NCBI RefSeq assembly: GCF_006345805.1
Contig: NC_043005.1
Span: 51,026,001-51,090,000, forward strand
Direction: 5' to 3'
DNA: 64,000 nt
Source: Octopus sinensis
Taxonomy: Eukaryota
The translations under genes and the position numbers were made by a program. Positions 29,858-43,599 of this stretch are shown one piece after another (position 1 is the stretch's first letter; every line of letters begins with the position of its first letter). The notes under the pieces were generated by a model, which was given only the letters and a program-made list of their open reading frames with translations, had not been told where the DNA came from and ran no database searches.

Positions 29858-31925
29858 GTGTGTGTGTGTGTGTGTTGTGGTGTGTGTGTGTGTGTGTGTG
29901 TGCATATTTGTACATATAGATGCGTGCCGTTCAATAAATAATATATATATAATAATAAATAAATATGCATATGTATATATATATATATATGTATGCATGT
30001 ATGTAAGTATGTATGTATGTATGTATGTATGTATGTATGCATCGCAATCATTAACATTTATGTATTAACTTTGTTGGGTACTTCACTAGCAGTATATTGG
30101 ATATATGTTATCCCATAGAGGGTTGCAATTACAACCCCGATCTCAATTTGTATATATATATATCTATATATCCCCTCGTTCTCTAAAACCCCTTTTCTCC
30201 CCTTCACCGTTTTCTATCTGTCTCCCTCTCCCACTTTCTCTTTCTCTCACTCTCGTTGCTCACACGTGACCATCGTCCATCTTTCTTTTCCTCACCTGAC
30301 GATCTTTCTTTTCTTTAACGACGTCCTAAAGACTGGATGTCTTCTATCTCTCTCTTCCATCTTTTCTCTTTTCGAAGAAAATATTCCTCCCAGCGTTCAC
30401 TGTTTACCTCTCGTTCTGGTCAAACGACTCCTCCCCCCCTGTTTGTTTTCGTTCGGTTCCCTTGTATGTCTTCGCTGTCCTGTTTTTGTTCCCGACTTTG
30501 ACCTTCCATAAATCCAAAATTTTATTTTGGAATTTATGGGAGCAAGTGTCTTCGAAGACTCATATTGTCATTGAATGCTCGAAATGAGTAGATAGACAGC
30601 CGACAACTGATGAAGGGTCGTTCTCCGTGTTACTTGCCCTGTTTTCCATTTTTTCCCCGTTGGTTGCGTATTTAACTCGTTTTTTATCGTACTTCATGTT
30701 TTTTACACAGTTGGTCAAGTCCTGTACCCATATATGCATACATACATACATACATAATACATACATTCATACATACTTACATACATGCATACATATATAT
30801 ATATATATATATATTATTTAATTGAACGGCACGCATCTATATGTACAAATATGCACACATACACACACACACACACACACAGAGCAAAATACGTTCGTTC
30901 TTTTAAGCGTCACGTGAGAAAAAGAAAGATGAACGATAGGAGGAGGGAGGAGGAGAAAAAGGTAATTAAAGAAGGATGGAACAAGAAAACAGTATAGAGT
31001 AGAAGTTGTATAAAAAATATGGCGCAGGAGTGGCTGTGTGGTAAGTAGCTTGTTTACCAACCACATGGTTCCGGGTTCAGTCCCACTGCATGGCACCTTG
31101 AGCAAGTGTCTTCTACTATTGCTTCGGGCCGACCAAAGCCTTGTGAGTGGATTTGGTAGACGAAAACTGAAAGAAGCCCGTCGTAGATTGAATTAATATA
31201 TATGTTCCATTCTAGCAAAAAGGTCTGATGAACGGCAACGAGAAATCAGAGTAACAGATTTTGTTGAATTTTCTGCGCTGCTTAAAATAAAGTATATTAT
31301 ATATATATATTATATATATATATATAATATATCATATATATATATATGCGTGTGTGTGTTTGTGTGTCTGTGTCCCCCTAGCATTGCTTGACAACCGATA
31401 CTGGTGTGTTATGTCCCCGTTACTACTTAGCGGTTCGGCAAAAGAGACCGATAGAATAAGTACTAGGCTTACAAAAGAATAAGTCCCGGGGTCGAGTTGT
31501 TCGACTAAAGGCGGTGCTCCAGCATGGCCGCAGTCAAATGACTGAAACAAGTAAAAGAGTAAAAGAGTATATATATATAATATACTCTTTTTTCACTCTT
31601 TCACTTGTTTCAGTGATTTGACAGCAGCCATGCTGGATTACCGCCTTTAATCAAATAAGTTGACCACCTAGGTCTTATTCTTTGTAAGCCTAGCACTTAT
31701 TCTATCGGGCGTTTTTCCGAACCGCTAAGTTACGGAGACGTAAATACACCAACATCAGTTATCAATCGACGGTAGAGGAATAAACACCGACACACAAATA
31801 CATACATATATATATATATGTGTGGGGGTGTTGTGTGTGTGCGTGTGTGTGTATACGACGGGCTTCTTTCAGATTCCGTCTACCAAATCCACTCACAAGG
31901 CTTTAGTCGCCCCGAGGCAATAGTA

Positions 31926-32098
31926 TAGGGTTTTGCAACCAGGGATGCGAGATAGCATTCTAGGGGGTGCCAGCAGGGCCGGATTTATACTGTATCAAAG
32001 TAGGTAATTGCCCCGGGCACCTTTATTACTCTAAGGGGTGCGAGAACATATTAAAATATTTTAGAGGTACGGGGCATAAAAAAGGTTGGGAATCATTG
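31926..32098. mobile_element. hAT-type MITE inserted into a SINE B copy
   Basis: Degenerate TIRs (tagggttttgcaacc / ggttgggaatcattg); 8-bp TSD caatagta/ctatagta inside the SINE gctatagtagaagac motif. Confidence 0.7.
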
Positions 32099-33399
32099 CT
32101 ATAGTAGAAGACACTCGCCCAAAGTGCTACATGTGGGACTGAACTCGGAAACATGTGGTTGGGAAGCAAGCTTCTCACCACACATATGATATATATATAT
32201 ATATATATATCACCCTCCGCAAAAAATCCCAAATTTTATTTAATTTGCTTTGCGGGAAGGACTGTTTCAATGAAGTCGCGTCTTGTCCTTACCTTCGAGC
32301 GCGGAGTAGATAAAACGGAGGACAACTGATGAATGGGAATATTCTTTATGTTGTATGTCTCGTTTCTCCGTTTGTTTGGGGTTTTTTTGTGTTCGAAAAA
32401 GTTCGTTTCTATGTTTTTGTTTTTATGTTTTCGTTTCTCATTGTGTTCAACGTTTTTTTTGATGACCTGTACCCATATATACATGTATATATACATACAT
32501 ATGTAGGTATGTATATATATGTATGTATATATGCATATATTAATATAATATTTATATTATATATGTGTGTGTGTATAAATGTGTATGCGTGTGCGTGCCT
32601 GTGTATTGTAGTATTTCTGTACGTGTGTGTTTGTATATATGTGAGGGATGTCTGTGTAAGGGTGTGAGTCAACGAGCTGGTGTTCGATTCGATCGAGAGA
32701 AGCGACAGACGCGGTGAAAAGTGTGTGGGTTGCTGTGTGTGCGAATTTTTCGTTCAGGGCAAGGTTATAAGAGAAATGGAGGTAGTAATTGCGATTAATA
32801 AAGACTTCATATAAATATATTTACATGGAGCACGAAAAATATATAGCAGAAGTACAGAATAAAATGTGAAGAAAATAATATGTAAGTATTAAATTCGATA
32901 TTGACTTCAAATTTTGTCACAAGACCAGAAAGTCCGTGTCAGTGGAGTAAGCCTATTTCTTTACTACCCACAAGGGGCTAAACACAGAGAGGACAAACAA
33001 GGACAGACAAACGGATTAAGTCGATTGTATCGACCCCAGGGCGTAACTGGTACTTATTTAATCGACCCCGAAAGGATGAACGGCAAAGTCGACCTCAGCG
33101 GAGTTTGAACTCAGAACGTAACGGCAGTCGAAATACGGCTACGCATTCGCCCAGCGTGCTAACGTTTCTGCCAGCTCGCCGCCGTCAGTGGAGTAAGCCG
33201 ATTACATCGACCTCTAAGCTCAACTGGTACTCATCGACCTTGAAAGGAGTGACAGGCAAAGTCGGCCTCAGCGGAATTTGAACTCAAAACTCAAGAGAGG
33301 AACGAAATGCAATATGCAGAGGCTGTACGAAGTGTATCTGTTGAACAACAGTCTCTTTTTTTTCTCTTTTACATGGCCGAGAAGACAGTACAGTAACTG

Positions 33400-34275
33400 C
33401 AAACTCAATGCACACGACTGCCTCAGGTGACGGACCCACTAATACCATTAACACCTACCCAAATACACTCATATTCCTATTGAACACAGGTCTACTGCAA
33501 CAGAGGTAAAATTCTCTGTCTAAAAGAGCTTTTTGCACGCAATCAAACAATATGCAAGGCACTTATAGAAATGTATCTAACCTCTAATTTGACAGAATTG
33601 GAAATACACATACCAGGACATGCGGTGTTTCGTACAGACAGAAGAGAAAGAAGTTACGGATGAGTTGCTATGTACATCCGCAAATATATCACACCACTTG
33701 TAGTGTTGTCAGATTCAAACTCAGTTTGCGACCCCTTAATAATACATATAAAGAAGTTGATGTAGCCGTATGCTCAACATATTGTCTGCCAAATATCACA
33801 AATGATGACAAATTTGAGGATAGCCACAGACACATAGAAGAGGTATTGACATACCTAGATCAGCACATTAATATGCTCCTCCTGGGTGACCTCAACTTCC
33901 CAAATGTTAAATGGCCTGAAGGCCACATCTTCTCAGGGATGTCACTGCAGGAATAAAAGCATGTAGAGTCATTAATTGAACAATCTGCTAAGTTGTTCAT
34001 GGAACAAATGATACTCAAGTGAACCAGAAGCTTCGCAAATAATGTGGTCCTTTTCCATGTGAAGGTGACGCGAATACCACGCTCAGACCACAACATTGTT
34101 GAACAAACTATGTTTGGTCTTAAGCAAACTGTTGATATCTACCTCATCAGGAGGACTCAAGCCATATCCAACTTTAATTTCAATAAACCAAAATGAGAAT
34201 CAATCTGCAAAGAGAGCCACAAACGAAACTGGTCCAACATTTTATGTATACAAGACATTGACTTGAAATTCTGTC
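33400..34275 (+). mobile_element. Degenerate CR1/Jockey-like APE endonuclease fragment
   Basis: GHAVFRTDRR...G*VAMYI and LLLGDLNFPNVKW motifs, SDHN-like motif; many stops. Confidence 0.7.
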
Positions 34276-35094
34276 GCTTCTTGTTCTGCTTATTCCACAC
34301 ACGCACACACACACACATTGTAAATGTATATGTGCGTCTGTGTGCGCGTGTGTATGTATAGGTATGTATGTAGGTAGGTATGTATATATGTATGTACGTA
34401 CGTAAGTATGTATAATATATAAACGACGGACTTGTTTCGGTTTCCACCTACCAAATCCACTCACAAGCCTTTGGTTGTCGCAAGGCTATATTAGAAAATA
34501 CTTACCCAAGTTGCCTGCAATCGAATTGTTTCTACGGTTTAGATAGATGTAGGACAGTTCCCATAGCTAGTACAGAGAGATGTGACAGGGTGACGGGTAG
34601 TCGGATGTTGAGGACATGTTATGCTAAAAGAAGTAAAGTTGAGCTAGGAGGAAAGAATGAACGGGTAGGAGGAGGTAATAGTTGGGGGAAGAATGTAGCG
34701 GTTTATCGATGTGGAAACCAAGGCGAAAGATGGTAGAATAGAGCAATGAAGAGAAAACCGTGGAGAACTGACGAAGTGAAAAATTGGGAAATTGAAAAAT
34801 GAAGAATGCAAAACGAAAAACGTAAAGAGAAAAAAAATATTTTTTAAATATTTTAAAATATTTAAGAATATTAAGAAATTAAAATTAAATTTTTAAGAGA
34901 CTATCTAAAATAGAGAAATTGAGATATTGATATAAATATATATATATTTGAACTGTGAACAGGGAGGTCTTTGGAAATCTTCATTTCAGAAAACCCGGAT
35001 ATTTTTGGATTTTTTTTCCTCGAATTTTCCAAGTTCAAAGATTCAAAAGTTTCAAAGGTTTAGAAAGATTAAGAGTTTGACAGGTTTAGTGGTT

Positions 35095-35141
<47 letters not shown>

Positions 35142-35144
35142 TAG

Positions 35145-35235
<91 letters not shown>

Positions 35236-35279
35236 GGAGACCTATTGTTGGCGTGTGGTCTGTGTGTAGTCTTGTTGCT

Positions 35280-36015
35280 AGTTCTTGGGTTATTGGGCTA
35301 AGTGAGCACTTTCGGATCTATAATTTTTTCATCAGACTTTACATTTTACACGGTTGTTGCTGCAGGCGTAGGTTAGAAGCTGCATTAGTTAGAATTTCCA
35401 GAGGCAGTAAATAAATTTCCACCCGCCAAGCTCGTTCCGGCGGTTGAAGCTGGGCGCTTTCTTCCTGATGAAATGAGCCTCCTTTATTCAGAGTTTAACT
35501 ACATCTGTTCCCCTGGCCAGTATCCGGGTGAAGAATTCTCCATCGCAGTGCTGGTGGTATTGGAATATGGCACTGGGTGTTGTGGCCTTATGAAGATGTT
35601 CTTTTACTCTGACATGGGACTGTCGTTTGGTCGATCCAATAGATTTATCTCCGTAAGTACAGGTCACTGTTCCCCTGGCCAGTATCCGGGTGAAGAATTC
35701 TCCATCGCAGTGCTGGTGGTATTGGAATATGGCGCTGGGTGTTGTGGCCTTATGAAGATGTTCTTTTACTCTGACATGGGACTGTCGTTTGGTCGATCCA
35801 ATAGATTTATCTCCGTAAGTACAGGTCACTTCATGTATTATATTTGTTTGAAAACATAACCTGGTACTGTTCGTTGGTTGTCTGGCCCTGATGGGGCATT
35901 AGTTCTAGCACTATGCGTTCTGCATGTTGTTGTTGTGGGAGAGATATTATCTTAGGGTGTGGCCTCGCCTCGTGATTCTGAGAGGGAGGCCAGACTTTCT
36001 GGCGACGTTCCTTAG
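35280..36015 (-). mobile_element. PLE GIY-YIG endonuclease fragment with an in-frame 162-bp tandem duplication
   Basis: IGSTKRQSHVRVKEHL motif present twice (35505-35666 and 35667-35828), then IKEAHFIRKKAPSFNR-type C-terminus. Confidence 0.8.
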
Positions 36016-36075
36016 TTGGTTTTCAACCCTTTTTCCATAGTACAGAAAGTTTATATATGTCCATCTGATATCTTT

Positions 36076-36134
<59 letters not shown>

Positions 36135-38059
36135 ACTTCCTCTTTGTCTACTTTCTTTTTTTCCTTCCATCGTTGTATCTGTTGTATCCGTTGGAGTCTT
36201 TGTTGCTGTTTTTGTTGTATCTGTTGTTATTGTTATTGTTGTTAATGCCATTAACGTCATCGATGCGTCAGTCGTCGTTGTTGTTGCCGTTGCTTCCGTT
36301 GCTACCGTTGCTTCTTCTTCTTCTTCTTCTTCTTCTTCTTCTTCTTCTTCTTCTTCTTCTTCTTCTTCTCTTCTTCTTCCAATCAGGACTCACGCCATTA
36401 GCCACAAAGCACAATCTCTAATTCGAGCCTGCTCTAAGCTACTAAGAATGCGTGTGGCAACTTGAAGATCCACCCACCACACTCGAAAGACTGGTGGTTG
36501 CACGGGCACAAAAGCTACGTCGTTATCCTCATTCCGTAAACGGTGGCTTTTAACGGGTAGAGAGCTGAACCATCCTGGGGTACAGAGGATTCGCAATCTA
36601 GACTAGGGTCCGAAAGTTTACCACACCATAGTGGGTTACACCATGGTTCCTCTTCTTTGTGGCAGAAGTAGGAAGAAAGAGTGAGGGAAAGTTACAATGA
36701 AAGAGTACAGCAGGGTTCACCACCATCACCCCGCCGGAGCCTAGTGGAGCTTAGGTGTTTTCGCTCAATAAACACTCACAATGCCCGGTCTGGGAATCAA
36801 AACCGCGTTCTTACGACTGCGAGTCCGCTGCCCTAACCACTGATGCTACTGCTGAAGTTGTTGCTGCCGCCGTTGTTGTTGGTGGTGATGGTTTTGTCGT
36901 GGAACCTTAGTGTTTGTCTGTTACGCACTTTCTCACACACTCTCTTTATGAGAGTAAAGGAATCCACAGTGGCTGACGTGTTTTCGCCGCTCCTGACCTG
37001 TCAGCGGCCGAAGACACAGAAGACACAGAATAACAAATACAACCCAGCAGGATTACTGATAAACAACTGTAATTACTGGAAAATCTACTACTTTCTGTGA
37101 GTAATTTGAATTTCCCTCAAAATAAGTTAAAGAATTCCAAACCTACAGTTTGGGACAAAAATTTTTAGAATCATAAATATCTCCATTTTTTGTGTGAACA
37201 TTTTGCCGTCACCTCTTCCTTGAGTATCAGATTATGTAAAATGCCTTTATTGTAACAACACAATTAAATGCACGCTAAAAGTATGACACCACAATTAAAT
37301 GCACGCTAAAAGTATGGACGTAAACACCAGCTAACCTTTATCTTCTTCTTGACATACCTTTTATTGCAATTGCATTATTAAACACGCGGAGAATAAGAAG
37401 AAAAAAAAGAAAAAGAAAAGAAAAAATGCTATTTATAGTTTCGCTCTGCTCGTACATGACTCTATTCACAAGTACTGTTTATAGTCGGCCCCTCCTTTGA
37501 TTTTTTCTCAAAGTCAAGGTCACTGTTTCACAAGTTCCATCAACACTGTTGCGGTCAATTTGAACTCTATTTGACCGACCGTTCTTCATCTCACTTTATG
37601 AGCTATTTACTACTGCTGCTATCAGAATTTACTGCAGTTACTACTATCGCTACAATTAGAAACATTCAAGTTGACGATGACACCGAAATATCTTCCTCCG
37701 TGTCTGAATTATACCGGTGGCACCAACGAAAAATCCCTTTCTTTCTCTGAGCTGGGAGAAAAGAGAATTTACTATAAAAACAAACCCCCAGCCCTCCCTC
37801 CAACGTATAATTTACTTTAAAAGAAATACTTTAAAAGGGAAAAACGTGAGAAAAAAAGAAAAATTAATAATCTAATTTAACAATAGGCAAAAAACATGTG
37901 CCTTCTCGCACATAAACACAGTATTCACACATATACAAACATGCGCAGATGCAATTATTGAAGTACTAAATGGCACGTCAAATGATATTTAATCGTGTGG
38001 AACATGTTACATGCATATCAATATTCTAAAGTTTGGACATACTATCCCTCATCCTAAAG

Positions 38060-41000
38060 CTGCTTCAGACAATTAGGAGGGTTCCCGACTCGTTGCACAC
38101 CGTCTGCTTTCATCTTGGATTGTGATTCGTCTCAGCCCAAACTCTCTCAGTTTTTGTCTGCTGTTGCCTACTCCTACAAGGATTGCAACTTGTTTTTTGT
38201 TCCTGATTTAACCCCGATTTGTCCTAGAGCCCATAGAAGATTGTTTTTAGTCAACCATCCATCATGTCAGCTACCTACGCATCGAAACTGAGATCTGCAA
38301 GTAGGGCTTCTCATCAATATGATGGTCCTACCAATAGTCAGCTCAACGAACAGTTGCTGTTGCTCAAACAAGAGGTTGAGCACCTAAAGTCTGTTGTTGC
38401 TCTCTTACTGAATAAACAGTCTCCTGTTGACGCAGAGTCACCCTTGATTTCTTCCCTGGAGACGTCCAAACCGAAGGGAACAAAATCGAGGCGGCCAAAG
38501 AAGGCGAAGGAACCGGCGGTCGTTTCTGCACATGATCGTTCCCGTGCGGATTCTTCTTCCTCATCTGCCTTTTCGGTCCCGGAGGTTCCCCACCTAATTT
38601 GAGGAGCGTAGACTCAAACCCACCTGAAGACCGTTTTTCTCCCCCAAAGAAGAAACGTCGTCAAAACTCCAGTGGGGCGGATTTAGCTATGAACCTGACC
38701 ACGATAAACGGTCTCCTGTTGACGCAGAGTCACCCTTGATTTCTTCCCTGGAGACGTCCAAACCGAAGGGAACAAAATCGAAGCGGCCAAAGAGGCGAAG
38801 GAACCGGCGGTCGTTCCTGCACATGATCGTTCCTGTGCGGATTCTTCCTCATCTGCCTTTTCGGTCCGGAGGTTCCCCAACCTAGTTCGAGGAGCGTAGA
38901 CCTCAAACCCACCTGAAGACCGTTGTTCTCCCCAAAAGAAGAAACGTAGTCAAAAACTCCAGAGGGGCAGATTTGGCTATGAAACCTGATCACGATAAAA
39001 TCTGTTTGGATTATCCTTCACTTGTCCTTCCCATTAATGCCATTGCTCAACCAATTCTGAACGATCTCGATGTGGGTTCATCTGGGGAGTGGTGCTCCCC
39101 CAAACCGAAGAAGAGGCAGTGCATTTCCAGTTCCAAACCAGGCGGGAAATTATGACCACTAAATCCATTCCGATCGACCCCACAGCCGCCGACATAAGTC
39201 CGATGGCTATGAAACCACCTTTCGAAATCCTCCAATGAAGAATCGAATACCGCAGCTCATAGTAGAGAACTTTTTGCCCACTCAAGATCGGCAATAATAT
39301 ATGGCAAAGCTGAATCCACCTGTGATACAGGCATAAACCGCCTAAAAGATGACATTAATTTTGTTTCCATTTTGGTTGGGAAATTGTTCTCTGTGAACGA
39401 AAATGTCAGTGTTCTTAAGGTCGCTCGGCTAGAAGATTCCAAGCGAACCCAACCGCAGATACTAGACCACGCCCAATAAGGGTAATCTTTTCTTCTGATC
39501 GGGAGGCTTCAGTCTTTCTGAACAGAGCTCAGACGCATGCCTGGGAGGACCCCAATATGGGTTTTCGCGAGGAATACTCACTAAGAGAGAGAATTCGCCG
39601 GAGGAACCTGATATCCGAGCTAAAGATGAGGAAACAAATGGGAGAGAAGGGTTTACGAATCCAAGATGGACAGATAATCAAGTCCTACCTCTGGTCCCAT
39701 GCTGTAGTGCTGACAGGGAAAGTGATGTGAGGGCAAATCGAAGTGAAGTTGATACCCCCCGTCAACGATGCTATCTCTGATGCCCTTTATTCTGCTTGTT
39801 CCCCAACAACTCCCGCCCCTCAGACTTCACAGCTCAGCATCGTCTACACCAACTCGTGCTCCTTATTCCCAAAGTTCAGTGAACTATTTACACTGGCCCT
39901 ACGCGACTCCCCTGATGTGATAGCTATCACCGAGACTTGGCTGACTCCAGCAGTAAAGGACTCAGAGATCCACCTGTAGGGCTACGTCCTTTTCAGATGT
40001 GACAGAGGAAAAAGGCGAGGTGGAGGTGTTGCTGTGTATGTTAAGTCTGAGCACAAACCGTCCTGCGGTATTCTACCCACAAATGCTCAACCTACAACCA
40101 ATTCGATGCGTCTATTGCAAGCTGAGCCTATCTGAGTTTTGCCTGCCCGTGTTGGCTGTCTACAGGCCGCCTCTAGCCGACCCCCAGGACGATGCTCATC
40201 TACTCGAAGCGATAAGATTCGTTTCAGCTTCGCATGACTGCTTGGTACTAGGCGACTTCAACGCTCCCACGATCGATTGGCCCGCATCAATTTGTACAAC
40301 ATCTTCCCGGTTCGGCCAGGCCCTTCTTGACGTGGCTGAAGATTGTTTTCCTCTCGCAACATGTTGAATATCCGACAAGGCATCGTCTGGGCAGCAGCCA
40401 TCTATGCTAGATCTGGTATTCTCCCGCTATCCAAGATCAGTGTAAGACGTATCTGTGTGCGCCCCTCTTGCCAAGAGTGATCATGCGGTCCTGAAGTTCG
40501 TCATGCACACAACTTTTTCCACGCCCACGATTACTCGCTGCCACGTAGAGTCTTCTCTGCAATTAATCTTGAAATTCTAACCGAGGCTCCCGCTTCTGGA
40601 CTGGCGGTTCCCTGATGACGTTGTCCTCAGTTGACGAACTATGGTCATCCCTCAAAGCATATGTAATCTGTTTGACTGACCAGGCAGTTCCGTTGGACTT
40701 CCCAAGAGGAAGAACACAAGCCCTGGGTGACGAAGAAGGTTAAACGAGAACGTCGACTCAGAGATATTGCTTGGGCTGAATTCAAAAATCTGGATTCGAC
40801 TGCCAGCTTTGAGGTGTACAAAACTCAACGAGACCGAGCCGTGAAATTGAAAAGAAGACGCTTCAGTTATGATACAAAATCGCGGCAAATGCCAGTAGCA
40901 ATCCAAAAACCTTCTTGCCCATGTCCAGCGAAATTCCCGCTTGAACAACCAGATTGCATTGGTAGGCTCAACAGGCGTATCGATTGAGGACCCTTATCAA

Positions 41001-42694
41001 CAGAGTCAATTATTTGCCGAGGCTTTTTCAACTATTTTCAAACAAGATGATGGTCGTGAACCCCCTCCATTTGATAGATCGGTACCTCCAATGCTTCGAT
41101 TGATCATCACGCGGGACCAAGTCAAACGTGTTATTCGAGGCCTCGATGTCAACAAGGGTCACGGCCCCGACGGCATACACCCACGGGTTATCAAAGCGTT
41201 GGCTCCGGTCATCTGCGAGCCCTTAACACGACTATTCAATATGTCATTGGCGACGGGTGTTATACCTGCAGACTGGAGAACAGCGATAATCTGCCCAATT
41301 TTCAAGAAAGGGAGCCGCGAAGACCCGCTAAACTACCGACCGGTTTCCCTTACATCAATAATCAGCAAGATGTTCGAAACCATCCTTAAGAAAAGTATGA
41401 TGCTCCACCTCCTAAACACAGCCTCGATCACTGATTCCCAACACGGCTTCGTGCCGAAGAGATCATGCTGACCAACTTACTAGTAATGAAGAATTGGTGA
41501 CGCGCATCCTCGATGATAGTGATGCTGTTGACATCGTTTTATTGGACTTTGCCAAAGCTTTTGACTCGGTAAACCACCGCCTACTACTTGTCAAGCTTCA
41601 AGCATATAGTTTCCATCCGGATATTGTACGATGGGTTGGTGCCTTCCTCTCAGATCGCTCCTTCCAAGTTCAAGTTAATGGTTCGCGGTCCGACGTCTCC
41701 AGTGCGAGCAGTGGCGTGCCTCAAGGTTCAGTGCTTGGGCCCTTGTTGTTCTTAGTCTTCATAAATGACTTGCCCGACGACCTCACGCAACACACCCTTC
41801 TATTTGCCGACGATATCAAACTGGTCGCTCCTCGCGGTAGTATAGAGGATCTTCGTCGATGCCTCCACCAAATTTGGAAGTGGTCTAACGATTGGGACCT
41901 GTGTCTGAACGTGTCAAAGTGCTGTCATCTGCCTGTCGGCTCTACTCCTGCAACTCAACTTGATTTCGAGCCGGGTCGTCTGCTGCTGGAGAGGACCGAT
42001 CAGGTAAAGGACCTAGGTATCTTAGTGGATTCCTCCTTTTCGCCTTCGGCCCAGTGCGTCCATGCTGCCAACAAAGCGCGCGGAATTCTGTTTTTGATTC
42101 GACGGTCATTCGGAATGCTCACAGCAGCCATATTCCTGCCACTCTATGTCACGCTGGTGAGACCCATATTGGAGTATGGGATTCAAGCCTCTTCTCCTTA
42201 TCTCCTCAAAGACATACAGCACCTCGAAAGAGTCCAGAGGCTGGCTACCCGCATGGTTCATGGTCTCAAAACTTTGTCCTACGAAGAAAGGCTGAGGACG
42301 CTCGACCTTTGTTCTCTTGAAAAACGCCGCCGCCGTGGTGATCTCATTCTCGCCCACAACATCATAAGCGAGATCTCATTCTCATTCTCGCCCACAACAT
42401 CATGTTCTTCACTCCTGCTCCGGAGCGTCGGCTGCGGGGTCATTCCGAAAAGCTCTACCTGCGACGATTTCATCTCAATCGAAGGAGAGGAACTTTCTCC
42501 GTCCGGGTTGCGGATCCGTGGAACAAGCTGCCAGACGAGATGGTGAAGATGCCGACGACCGCTTTGTTCAAAGCCTCCCTGGACCTCAAGTGGCCTGAAC
42601 TCTTTACATGAACACCACCCTGTACTTAACTCCATGTCCCCCTACATGGCCTTGCTATTTGCTTGTGAGCCAAATTAACTAACTAACTAACTAA
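38060..42694 (+). mobile_element. Near full-length, inactivated CR1-type LINE (ORF1, APE-RT ORF2, (CTAA)n tail)
   Basis: ORF1 from 38264 with RSAIIYG...ELKMRKQMGEKGLRIQDG; APE ITETWL and LGDFNAP; RT GPDGI, YRPVSL, QHGF, DFAKAFD, GVPQGSVLGP, FADD; tail 42675-42694; several stops and frameshifts. Confidence 0.93.
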
Positions 42695-43560
42695 CATGAA
42701 CCTGGGTCTGTATCCTCTACAGTACAGCACTCTGATGAAATTTTTCCTCACGTTGTCTTTTACACCAGCTTCGTCTCAACTATTTATGCGGTGGTCGAGC
42801 TCATTAAGGGCTACATTATGTTTCAATGTCTATGGGTACGCTGAATCCGAATGGAGGAAGTTGTCTTTCTTCGCCTCATTCTCGAAGAAGAGGATTGTGG
42901 CATGTCCCGATGTGAAGGATACGTTGAAGTCTAAGAAGCTCAGCGAGTCATTTGCGGTTGAGTGTTCAATATCGAATTGGATGTTATGGTGAAGGTTGTT
43001 AAAGACATTATGGATCTTGATCTCCTCATCCCTGGATTTGGCAAAGACGAAGGCATCATTGATGTATCTCCGGTATAGGGTGATGTGTCGTCTTGCGTAG
43101 AATGCTTGGCGCTCCGGTTTGTCCAGGGTAAAGGTGGCCAGGATGCCACTGAGTTTGGATCCCATTTGGAGGCTGTTGCGTTGTCAGTACGTGGTGTTTT
43201 TGTACCGGAAGTATGTGTTAGCAGTGCAGAAATCCAGGATGAATTTGAGACCTGCTTGTGGAAAGGCAGTGGCTAGCTTGTGGCTTCACTCTGGTCTCTC
43301 TTGGGTTGTTAGTATAGCCTCAACCGGTGGTATGCTGGTGCACATAGACCGTACGTCATAGGCTGAAGGGGTAGTTGTTGTCCGAGACGGTTCTGCGCGG
43401 GAGCTTACGAAGTAGCTCGATGAGTTGCCAGCTGCCCTCAAAGTGTGCTGGTATGTGTGCCAACAGTGACTTGAGGAGTCATTCTACAATTCATTCCATC
43501 TTCCGAAGAGGAGATTTGTGCCGGCAACGATCGGAAGTAATTTGAGTTGCCTCGGGTCGT
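42695..43560 (-). mobile_element. PLE reverse transcriptase fragment
   Basis: MGSKLSGILA, LYRRYIND, LSFLD, FLHSDSAYP motifs characteristic of PLE RT. Confidence 0.85.
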
Positions 43561-43599
43561 TGGTTTCCTTGTGCGTTTATATTTGGCAATAGAACAGTG

